Below the pieces are notes generated by a model. It was given only the letters and a program-made list of their open reading frames with translations, was not told where the DNA came from and ran no database searches. A stretch of DNA of 64,000 bases from Macrostomum lignano (Eukaryota), in contig NIVC01001747.1 in NCBI GenBank assembly GCA_002269645.1, positions 1 to 64,000 on the forward strand, in the 5' to 3' direction. This document shows, piece after piece, positions 53,450 to 64,000 of the stretch; position 1 is the stretch's first letter, and every line of letters starts with the position of its first letter. Both the position numbers and the translations under genes were made by a program.

Positions 53450-55940
53450 AAAAAGCACAATGTCAAACATAAAAGAGGCACCATGTCAAACATTACATGG
53501 GCACCATGTAAAACATATACGTGACTCTTTGTCAAACATTAAAGAGCCACCACGTCGAACATTAAAGAGCCACCATGTCGAACATTAAAGAGCCGCCATT
53601 TCGAACATAAAAGAGCCACCATTTCGAACATTAAAGAGCCACCATTTTAAACATTAAAGAGCCACCATGTCAAACATTTAGGAGCCACCATGTCAAACAT
53701 TTAAGAGCCACCATGTCGAAAATAAAGAGCCACCATTTCGAACATTAAAGAGCCACCATTTCGAACATTAAAGAGCTACCATTTTGAACATTAAAGAGCC
53801 ACCATTTTAAACATTAAAGAGCCACCATGTCAAACATTTAGGAGCCACCATGTCAAACATTAAAGAGCCACTTTGTCGAACATTAAAGAGCCACCATTTC
53901 GAACATTAAAGAGCCACCATTTCGAACATTAAAGAGCTACCATTTTGAACATTAAAGAGCCACTATTTTGAACATAAAAAGAGCCACCATTTCGAACATA
54001 AAAGAGCCACCATGTCAAACATAAAAAAGCCACCATGTCTAACATTAAAGAGCCACCATGTCAAACATTAAAGAGCCACCATGTCGAACATTAAAGAGCC
54101 TTTATGTCTAACATTAAAGAGCCACCATGTCAAACCTAAAAGAGCCACCATGTCAAACATAAATCTGGCATGATGTCAAACATTAAAGTGCTACCATATC
54201 GAACATTAAAGAGCCACCATGTCTAAAAGTAAAGAGCCACCATGTCGAACATTAAAGGGCCACCATGTAGAACATTAAAGAGCCGTACCATGTCAGACAT
54301 TAAAAAGCCACCGTATCAAACATAAAAGAGTTACCATGTAGAACAAAAAAGAGCCACCATGTAAAACATTTAGGAGCCACCATGTCAAACGTATATGTGA
54401 CTTTATGACAAACATTAAAAAGCCACAATTTAAAACATTAAAGAGCCACTATGTCGAACATTAAAGAGCCACCATGTCTAACATAAAAGAGCTATACCAT
54501 GAAGAAAATTAAAGAGCCACCATGTCTAAAAGTAAAGAGCCACCATGTCGAACATTAAAGAGCCACCATTTCGAACATTAAAGAGCCACCATGTCAAAGA
54601 TTTAAGAGCCTCTATGTCAAACATTCAAAAGCCGCATTGTCAAACATTAAAGAGCCATTATGTCGTACATTAAAGAGCCACCATTTCGAATATTAAAGAG
54701 CCACCATGTCGAACATAAAAGAGCCACTATTTTGAACATAAAAAGAGCCACCATTTCGAACATAAAAGAGCCACCATGTCAAAAATAAAAGAACCACCAT
54801 GTCAAACATAAAAGAGCTAACATGTCAAACATAAAGAGCCACCATGTCAAACATTTAAGAACCACCATGTCAAACATATATGTGACTTTGTGTCAAACAT
54901 TAAAGAGCCACCATTTCGAACATTAAAGAGCCACCATTTCGAACATTAAAGAGCCACCATGTCAAACATGAAAGAGCTATAACATGAAGAATATTAAAGA
55001 GCCACCATGTCGAACGTAAAAGAGCCGCCATGTAAAATATTAAAGAGCTACCATGTTAAACATAAAAGAGCCACCATGTAAAACATTAAAGAGCAACCAT
55101 GTGAAACATTAAAGAGCCACCATGTTAAACATTTAAGAGCCTTCGTGTCAAACCTAGAAGAGCCACCATGTCGAACATAACAGAGCTACCATGTCAAACA
55201 TTAAAGAGCCACCATGTCAAACATTCAAAAGCCACATTGTCAAACATTAAAGAGCCATTATGTCGTACATCAAAGAGCCACCATGTCGAACATTAAAGAG
55301 CCACCATGTCGAACATAAAAGAGCCACTATTTTGAACATTAAAGAGCCACCATTTCGAACATTAAAGAGCCATCATGTCAAGCATGAAAGAGCTATAACA
55401 TGAAGAATATTAAAGAGCCACCATTTCGAACATAAAAGAGCCGCCATGTAAAATATTAAAGAGCATCATGTGAAACATTAAAGAGCCACCATGTTAAACA
55501 TTTAAAAGCCTTCGTGTCAAACAGTAAAGAGCCACCATGTCGAACATTAAAGCGCCACCATGTCGAACGTTAAAGAGCCACCATGTCAAACATTAAAGAG
55601 CCACATTGTCAAACAGTAAAGAGCCACCATGTCGAACATTAAAGAGCCACCATGTCGAACGTTAAAGAGCCACCATGTCGAACATTAACGAGCCACGATG
55701 TCAAACATAAAAGAGCTACCAAGTTAGACATAGAAGAGCCACCATGTGAAACATATATGTGACTCCATGTCAAAAATTAAAGAGCCACCGTTTCTAACAT
55801 TAAGGAGCCACCATGACAAACATAAAACTGGCACAAACATAAATTGTCAAACATTAAAGAGCCACCATGTAGAACATTAAAGAGTCACCATGCCAAACAT
55901 TAAAAAGCCACCAATTAAAACATAAAATAGCCACCATTTC
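53450..55940. repeat. 23-bp satellite (GAACATTAAAGAGCCACCATGTC)n
   Basis: About 100 diverged tandem copies over 2.5 kb. Confidence 0.96.
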
Positions 55941-56049
55941 AAACACAAGAGAGACATTTTCAAACGTAATAAGAAGCGTCATGCCAATCATAAAGGAGCC
56001 CTTAGAAAGCTAAAAGGAAATGTTGCACCATATTCTTTTTGTCTGGTGG

Positions 56050-56340
56050 ATGCTTGCTATTTAAGGATAGATACTTGCTATCTGGGGGTTCTTTCTATCT
56101 GGGGGTGCTTGCTATCTGGGGGTGCTTGCTATCTGGGGGTGCTTGCTATCTGGGGGTGCTTGCTATCTGGGGGTGCTTGCTATCTGGGGGTGCTTGCTAT
56201 CTGGGGGTGCTTGCTATCTGGGGGTGCTTGCTATCTGGGGGTGCTTGCTATCTGGGGGTGCTTGCTATCTGGGGGTGCTTGCTATCTGGGGGTGCTTGCT
56301 ATCTGGGGGTGCTTGCTATCTGGGGGTGCTTGCTATCTGG
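56050..56340. repeat. 17-bp minisatellite (GCTTGCTATCTGGGGGT)n
   Basis: About 16 copies. Confidence 0.96.
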
Positions 56341-56896
56341 GAGGAGGGGGGATGTTTGCTGTCTTGGGATGTTTTCTTTTTGCATTGCGCTTCATTTGAG
56401 CAGTTTTTCTGTTGTCTTTGTGAAGACTCTATTTGGCGGGTTTTTTTACTTGTAGAGAACAGAAGTTCTATCCAGATGTCCCCCATCGGGGGGCGAAGAT
56501 TGCTAGTAATTTTACTATTAATAAATTATTTTGGTATTTTAAAGGTGCGACCTAAGACAGCTATTTTTAGAACTCTGGAGTTCATATCCTAGCCACGGAA
56601 AAAATGTGTAAGAGGCGTGAATGTTTTCGCTGTTGTGTGGTTGTTATAGGGTTGGAGGTATTCATCTGCAAATAATCGCGATGTACACTGATTGATGTAC
56701 ATTGCAAATATATAAATCGTTGCGCATGGCTTTAGCCACCTCGTGTGTATTTTGGTCTCGCTTAACTCTCGCCTTCTCTCAGTTTACAAATTCAATATTT
56801 GAAATTACTTTTGTCATATTTCTACTTCAAAGGGTTTAATTTTTATAGAGCACACCTACTAGATTTAGTAGTATAGTTGTAGTAAAGACGTTGAGA

Positions 56897-57500
56897 ATTG
56901 GACAGAATTACCTTCACTTTGCTCCCAACCAGGACAGAATTACCTTCACTTTGCTCCCAACCAGGACAGAATTACCTTCACTTTGCTCCCAACCAGGACA
57001 GAATTACCTTCACTTTGCTCCCAACCAGGAGAGAATTACCTTCACTTTGCTCCCAACCAGGACAGAATTACCTTCACTTTGCTCCCAACCAGGACAGAAT
57101 TACCTTCACTTTGCTCCCAACTAGGACAGAATTACCTTCACTTTGCTCCCAACTAGGACAGAATTACCTTCACTTTGCTCCCAACTAGGACAGAATTACC
57201 TTCACTTTGCTCCCAACTAGGACAGAATTACCTTCACTTTGCTCCCAACTAGGACAGAATTACCTTCACTTTGCTCCCAACTAGGACAGAATTACCTTCA
57301 CTTTGCTCCCAACTAGGACAGAATTACCTTCACTTTGCTCCCAACTAGGACAGAATTACCTTCACTTTGCTCCCAACTAGGACAGAATTACCTTCACTTT
57401 GCTCCCAACCAGGACAGAATTACCTTCACTTTGCTCCCAACCAGGACAGAATTACCTTCACTTTGCTCCCAACCAGGACAGAATTACCTTCACTTTGCTC
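56897..57500. repeat. 32-bp minisatellite (GGACAGAATTACCTTCACTTTGCTCCCAACC/TA)n
   Basis: About 19 contiguous copies, with no spacers. Confidence 0.97.
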
Positions 57501-58176
57501 TCGGTCTCAACTACAGAGCTGTGCAGGACAGGACAATGATTACCTACACCTATACCTACAAATTCACTCGTGCTTTCAATGAGAATCATGAGGCATTAAC
57601 TCAGCATTTTTAGTCAGACACACAGAGTAGGCTTTGGAACCGCTACATAATATCTTCATTTAACAGACTCAGCAACTTTTCTCCCTGCGTCCCATCTTTT
57701 CCCTATGTAACGATGTTGATATTTATCTTTGAAGAAAATAATTTAGTATTAATAATTTCTCTTTAGTATTATATTATTTTATCTACTACGAGTATTTATT
57801 AACACATCCTAAAGTTATTTAATATTTACGCTTAAAATTTGTGTTACTGTATCCTTCATAGAAATACGAGTATTGCATTATTTAAAAGACGGTTCGTGCG
57901 TGCTTTTGGTCTCTCTGGTCTCGTGCGTGCTTTTGGTTGGTCCGCCGCGTGGTTCCTGTTAGCCATAACTTACGACCAATAATTTAACGGCAATAGTTTA
58001 AATCCTGTCTGTTCAAATTAATATTTCAATTAAATACAATCAGTCAAAGTTCAAATATAAGACTCTCTTGCTACGAAGACTCAATTTATTATTGATAGTG
58101 TATAGCCCTCAGCACCAAACAAAGAAGGGTCGCGTCACACCTATCCCTCTTTCTCCCTCCGTCCCATCTTTTTCCC

Positions 58177-59201
58177 GGGTCGCCATCATAAGCGCGCACC
58201 GGCACAAGCGCGCCTGTGTATTTTTTGTCAAAGTCTGGCGCGGGCGCGCAGATGCATAAGAGCGCACGTTTTGACTTGCACAAGAGCGCGGTAGAAAGTG
58301 CTCAGCATTGGCATAAGCGCGCACCATCACAAGACCGCACTGGCATAAGCGCGCTGTCTGAGATTGGCACAAGGGCGCACTTCTGGCTCTGTGTTGCAAA
58401 AGCGCGCAGTCAATATTTGGCACAAGCACGCAATGCAATAAATAAAAGCAGTCAAGTTGCTCCATCGTCTGTCACAAAGTAGTCGATTGTATTTGTACGA
58501 AGGAAATCGAATTAAAATCCTTTCGACCAGTGCTTTACATGTATGTTAGAACAAAGATGTAAAATCATCAGTCAAAGGAAAAGAGCAGCTGCAGCTGAGG
58601 TGGCAACAGGCGTCTTCTTTGTCGATACATCGACGACTCTACTTCAGCAAATAAAATCCGATTGCCGACGGAGCTGGCCTGTGTTTCTCGGTCGAACAGA
58701 TCACGAAGGGATGAACTGCTCTCACCGGCCTTCCGCTTCAGATTGGCTCGTAGCCGAAGTATTTCCTTCTCCTTTGAATCACCGTCGTGGTTGTGCTCGA
58801 TGAGTCTCAGCACACCATCCTTCTCGACGGCGCGTCCCGGAGAGTACATGCTACGACAGTGTGCATGTGCTCAATTAGAGTGTACATGCTTAAAGTACCT
58901 CTGTTTACACCCTAACCCATCACCCCTTGTGCACTACAGCTTTGAGTAAAATTTTTCTACACTATCAAGTCAGTCGCCAAATGAAGTGCGCGCTTGTGCC
59001 TTAGCGAGTGAATAATGCGCTCTTGCCCCAAAGTCTGACAGCGCGCTTATGCCACAGCGTGTCAAAAGTGCGCGCCTCTGCCAGTGCGCGCCTCTGCCAG
59101 TGCGCGCCTCTGCCAGTGCGCGCCTCTGCCAGTGCGCGCCTCTGCCAGTGCGCGACTCTGCCAGTGTGCGCCTCTGCTTGTGCGCGCTTATGAAGCGTAC
59201 C
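58177..59201 (-). mobile_element. Non-autonomous Mutator-like (MULE) element, 1025 bp, 9-bp TSD
   Basis: TSD CTTTTTCCC at 58168-76 and 59202-10. Imperfect TIRs GG(G/T)(T/A)CGC.(A/T)TCATAAGCGCGCAC with GCGCGC-rich subterminal repeats. Internal minus-strand remnant HNH...LKRKA...RDLFD...FAEVESSMYRQRRR.LP, typical of the FLYWCH/MULE transposase N-terminus. Confidence 0.8.
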
Positions 59202-59823
59202 CTTTTTCCCTCCCCCTCTTTCTCCCTCCGTCCCACCTTTCCCTCCCTTCTTTCTCGCTCATCTAAAGCAGTCAGAGTAGTCGCCAGCTTACCCAGACTG
59301 CCGGCCACAGTCTGGGTAAGCTGGCGACTGCTGCCACTCTGACAGCGGCCATAGATCACAGGCACGGACCCCTGAATAGTAGAAGGTTCTGGACAAGAAA
59401 CAGAAATTGGGAGCGTACGAGATGCGGCCCAAGATTTTCTACCCCCAGGTTATTAATTTAGAAAATTTCCTAAAATAACTGAAGCTTAAAACCCCACAGC
59501 GCCTTCTGGAAAATTGACATAGCTACTTTATTCCAGAGATGAGAGATTTCTTCTGAAGAGCAGGCAATTAAATATATCTAAATTTTCAGAAATTCGACTA
59601 AAATAAGATAAATTCTACATCAAAGTTGCATATAATAGGGGCAAAAACAAGTTAGACAAATATTATTAAGAAGACACTAGGAACGCTGTTGAGATATCGA
59701 ATACGATCGCTATGTAACAAATCCTCTAGTCACTTGGCGAATGTGGTACTATCTGCTAAAAAGAATACAAAATAATGTATTTGACGGCTCACCAGCTAAT
59801 GCATTGCAGACGCTCCTGAAAAC

Positions 59824-62800
59824 TTAAAATCTTTCGCTGAATCGGACCGCTTTTAGACTGAGTAGCGCTTGACATTTTTTTACGAAATTCTTGGCAAAGC
59901 AGTTAAAAAGCCTACAAACTAGATGGTGCTGAATATTGTGACCGGCAGTGCACATGCTATTGCCGAAGAGTACGCTTGAAAACCGCTCATCGTCGGTGCA
60001 CCGATCAAAAACTTTACAGAACAATTTTCGATGGCAAGATGATGTTAAAAACATGTTTTTAGTGGCTTCACTATTCCAAATTCCCAGAAATACTTTCCAA
60101 CAGTGAACTGCGACCTGATAAGCAAAATCACTGGGCCTTTCAAGGCCGCCTCTGTCGACGCTGTCCAGAAAAATTGAATGGCACAGGTTGGCTTCGTCAG
60201 TTCTTGAGCTCTCATCTGTGGCAATAAGTGAGTCAACACACCACTTGCACTTTGTTACCGCAACAGTAGAGCGAGCGACAGCACCAGTTACGTAGAAAAT
60301 TATATTAAGATCATCAACCGATGGCTCTGTATCAAGTTGGATAGCCTCAGATACAGAGTAAGCGACATTTTCAAGTTCCGTTGTTTTTTCCGGTTGGCGT
60401 TCTCCGACTGAAAGTGCAGCTGCTTTTTCGATGTCCAGCAGCGTTGCATTTGAAAACTTAAGAAGCGAGACAGCGCGGATTTTTCTGTCGTTCTCCAAAA
60501 CTTGCTTCATTGACACGAAGTAATTTGCACCAGATAGCTGCCGCAGCCAGCCAAATCGAGATTCCAACGCATCTGATTGCAGTTGACCTAGCAAAACATA
60601 ATTGAATCCTAGATGATCAATCAAGAAACTAGCACAGTCCGAAATAGCAAGACAAGCTTACCTCAAAGCGAGGAACGTTTCCGCCGTTAATCCCAACCGG
60701 CCACTAGACTTCCAGCGTTGCAAAAAAAATGGCAAAATCTCTAAGAAACACTAACTTCCAAAGACGAGCGCACGGGGTCCATACTTATGTCTCGCTTATG
60801 CTTACCTTTGACGGACGACTTTACGTTCAGCACATTCCAGAGCTTTAAAACAAGTTATATAAAAAGAGCCGTATCGTTCCATTCAGGCTTTCCGCTGTGT
60901 CTAGAATAGTACGACGTATATGAGCGCATCTCTCGTGGACTCCGAGAACACAGAAGTTGCCAGTTGCACAGAGACCCGTTCAATATTTTTTGGTTCCAGA
61001 ACGGTGCGTGAAAGCTTGTGTGCCTTCTTAAGAGGCGCAGAGGACTCCATTTGAAACAGTTCCGCAATGTGGTTAAAATTAGCAAGGCAACTATTTGGCA
61101 AGTATGATAGAAATTCTGGATAGCGGAAAAGTTTTCGAGATTGAAAATTGTTGTAGACGTTTTTTAAGTCATGGACTGGGTCAAAAATTAGAAAGATTGG
61201 CTGTCCAGACACAGGATCGGAAATACTAGTTGTTAACGAGCCATTGCAAAGATAATTCTGGAAGAACTTACGATTAACTGTAGCATTGTCTACAGAAATC
61301 GCAACGATATTAAACCTAACTCTTCTCACTGTTCTCATGACTTATTGGTAGCAGTGGTATTGCATTTTGGCAGTTAGATTCGCCATAGGAAATATTGCTA
61401 CGATGTCTTTGAACTTGCTCACCAGAGATTTTACCATAAAGCAAAGCAAAGTATAGACGCAACTGCACCATCAGCTGTAAGACCGTAGACTTCCCCGCTG
61501 CTATATTCTACACGTTTTGCTATGTACAAATATATTTCGTCAATAATCAGCAAACATGTTCTTTCGAAATTGTTTAGGTTAAGATTCGAAGGTTTAAATA
61601 GGCAACATTATCCAGTCCAGACTCACCCTGTACACGTCTAGTAATCTTCTGCAGAGTTTTTACGGATGGCAGGCATAGCACATCTTCTTCCAGTAGAACT
61701 CGGTAGGCTGCTGAACTCGACGCGTGGACAAGATAGGCGAAAATCGATAGCTCGGGCGAGTAATTCCGATGGTACTTTGTTAAAGAAGCCAACTCGATTT
61801 GTTCAAGAATGAAGCTAAGCTTCTGATGTTTGTCACACCCCTCCACTAGAGTTCCTGTGTATCTTTTTAAGTTCGTAATAGCGGAGTCCAAAAGTTGGTC
61901 TGACTTGTCATCACTACACCATGCTTTTAAGCGAGCCAAGATATTTAATAATTGATACAAAGTGCTAAGTCTATCTGGCAAGATGTCTTGGTAAAGCCTA
62001 GGCAAAATGACTTCCTTGCCACAACTTACCTGCACTTTAAAATCAGCGTAAACGGAGATTGAGCCGGTGTTACACTTTAGACTATCCGGGGTTTTTTTTT
62101 CTGGCCCGGATATACGAACGCACTTACGATATCCGCCCGGATACTGCCAAGCAAAAAACCTGCTTTGTTTTCTCCTTCCCGGATATCTTGAGCTGCTTTG
62201 CATTGTCCGGGCACTTTGAGATGTCTCTCCCGGACATCCTACGGTACTGACTCTGCTATCCGGCCCGGAGATCACAAGAAGGGAAGTTGTCTCAGGACAT
62301 CCGACTGTAGGTAGAAAGAGAGGGGTCAGCCTGCGGAGACAGAGGTTTGCTTTAGGACTGCTACTGGAAGGTTTGCTACTGATATCCGGGGCTAGAGAAA
62401 TAGCAAAATTTTGAAATCAATTTCCACAAAGTAGAAAAAACTTTTTGCTACTTTTTTCAATTGGCAAACATGTGCGTCATGCTTCTTTAACCGAGTATAT
62501 TTTCAATCACTATTTTGCATTTCACACACTCCAAACAGAAGTAAAATTAAAGCTGTTGATACTATATATTGTCAACCACAAAAAACTGTTACTTGATTCA
62601 CCAATCTTCATGTACGAGTAATTCGATCAATCAAAACAGGCGATCCGCTGAATGAAGCATGAAGTTTTTGCTCTTTTGTCTGATTTTTCTTTTTAGATCA
62701 TCTCTCTCTCGTACTGGAATTTTCCGGCTGCTCAACATACAGCTCGTCGTTCAAAACAAACCTTTGTAAAAACACTTGGTTCAGCGATACTTTAGCCATC

Positions 62801-63870
62801 GAGAGATAATAAATTTTCCTAAACGTAGAACTTCGACAAGAAATAAGCTCTATATATCTTAAAAGTTGCGTGTAATATACTCGTAATTTGCGCAACACTT
62901 TCCTTTGTCGGCTATTAGCTCGTACACTGATCTTCACTGCACGTACGCTTGTAGTGCTAGCAATGTGACGCCAGTCCATTATCGATTTATTCTTAGACTG
63001 CACCTCATTTGCCCCTCCACTGTCTAAGGTGCAGTCAGGGCCCTTCCTGGCCTCTGAGTCAGCCCCATTCTCTCGAAATGATGTCCTGCCCCATTCACAT
63101 GCGCTTTCTCAGGTAAATAACTTGGCCACCTTGCCACCCAAATCTTAATTTATTCACCCCGGACAATTTAGGACCCCGGATATTTCAAAGCCCGATTTTG
63201 TTGTGCCTTGGATTATCCAGGGTAGGTTATCGCAAAGCGACAATAATTTTGCTTTGCGATGTCCCCCGGATAAATTAAGACCCCGGAGAACAGAAAGCCT
63301 AACACCGGCCACGTCTAGAACACCACTGACATACGCTAAGAAATAGCTCATTAAAATCCAGTTCATGATGACAACCTGAAATCCTTCAGGCTTTTTGCTC
63401 TTCTCATCCAGTCGACCTTTCACCTCCGCCAGACTCAGAGAGCTGATGTTATCGTCATCTTCAAATGCCTCTTCCATGGCTTTTAAGCGTTGAACTTCCT
63501 TGTTTAGGCGACCGGAGACAGTTGCAATCGAAGCGGAGTGTCGAACAGCGGCTGGCTTTGAGGACAGATAAGCCGGTGCATTAGGAAAGATAGTTGGTAC
63601 TGCGTCCTTCTTTAAATACCTTTTCGTCAGCTTGTTCGTTTCAAAGTTCTTCGATCTGCGAAAATTGCTGTCGGAATGTTCCTCGATGAAGTCACTGGGC
63701 ACAAAATGCAGGGAGCACATCCTCGAGTGCTTAGAAGGAACAAAATCTTTTCTTGGGTTGGCTTTCAACCATAAAGCTTGAAAAGAATGAAATGTCACCT
63801 TAGTCTCGACTTGTTGCGAATGATTTTTGTAGCCACTTGTGCAGCCAAATGCACGACACTTGTAATCCAT
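59824..63870 (-). pseudogene. THAP-domain P-element/THAP9-like transposase, decayed (stops and frameshifts) and interrupted by a nested element
   Basis: THAP: CRAFGC..W..CSLHF..AVPTIF. Transposase: YSPELSIFA..SSAAY..LPSVKTL, LIIDEIY, SVDNA, FDPVHDLKN, VQLATSVFS, QSDALESRFGWLRQLSGAN. In-frame TAA near 60657 and 61340, plus frameshifts. Element termini were not identified. Confidence 0.88.
62063..63309. mobile_element. 1247-bp foldback/TIR element nested in the P-like transposase
   Basis: Ends GCCGGTGTTA-N12-TCCGGGGT are inverted at both termini, with many subterminal CCGG motifs. Removing it rejoins the transposase in frame (LDV|SISVYADF). Confidence 0.75.
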
Positions 63871-64000
63871 GTTCTTTTAGTAATAGAAACGATTTTAGTA
63901 TATAGGATTGGTGAAGTAAAAACTTGAATCAGTAAGGTAGATTGAGATTGCAGGATAGCAGGTTTGTAGGAAAACTATATTCCTACCATTTTCTTCCTGT

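Noticed and set aside
56897-57500. 32-bp repeats of CRISPR-like length
   Set aside because: Copies are directly contiguous with no unique spacers, there are no cas genes, and the context is eukaryotic.
60625-60660. GTAAG...TAG mini-intron in the P-like transposase
   Set aside because: Too short, and the sequence reads as conserved coding (ALR*ACLAISDCASFL), so an in-frame nonsense mutation is more likely.

Overview
Repeat-rich eukaryotic (metazoan) genomic DNA with GT-AG introns. The gene families and minisatellite density suggest a flatworm such as Macrostomum, which is inference only. Host genes: 3' exons of a SEPT2-group septin (+), STRAP/UNRIP (-), an ankyrin-repeat TRP channel (+), and an ankyrin + Mab-21/cGAS-like (cGLR) gene that is split by a full-length antisense LINE. 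Mobile DNA: a tRNA-derived SINE, an 8-bp-TSD MITE, a tandem Helitron-like array with a 2834-bp higher-order repeat, a Mutator-like element, a decayed THAP/P-element transposase with a nested foldback element, and many minisatellites. The standout is a young 10.9-kb Ty3/Gypsy LTR element (42470-53353; LTRs differ by one indel; ACTG TSD). It carries an envelope-like glycoprotein BETWEEN gag and protease, in frame with pol: signal peptide, Cys-rich ectodomain resembling class III (herpes gB-type) fusogens, furin site and TM. Directly after the TM is a cluster of ESCRT late-domain motifs (LYPSI, PTAP, PPNY), and a small MGxxxS + RING-like ORF lies before the 3' LTR. Together these suggest an endogenous enveloped retrovirus-like element with an unusual gag-env-pol order. 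All family calls are by-eye motif recognition; no database searches were run. Several host genes carry 1-nt indels that may be assembly errors.
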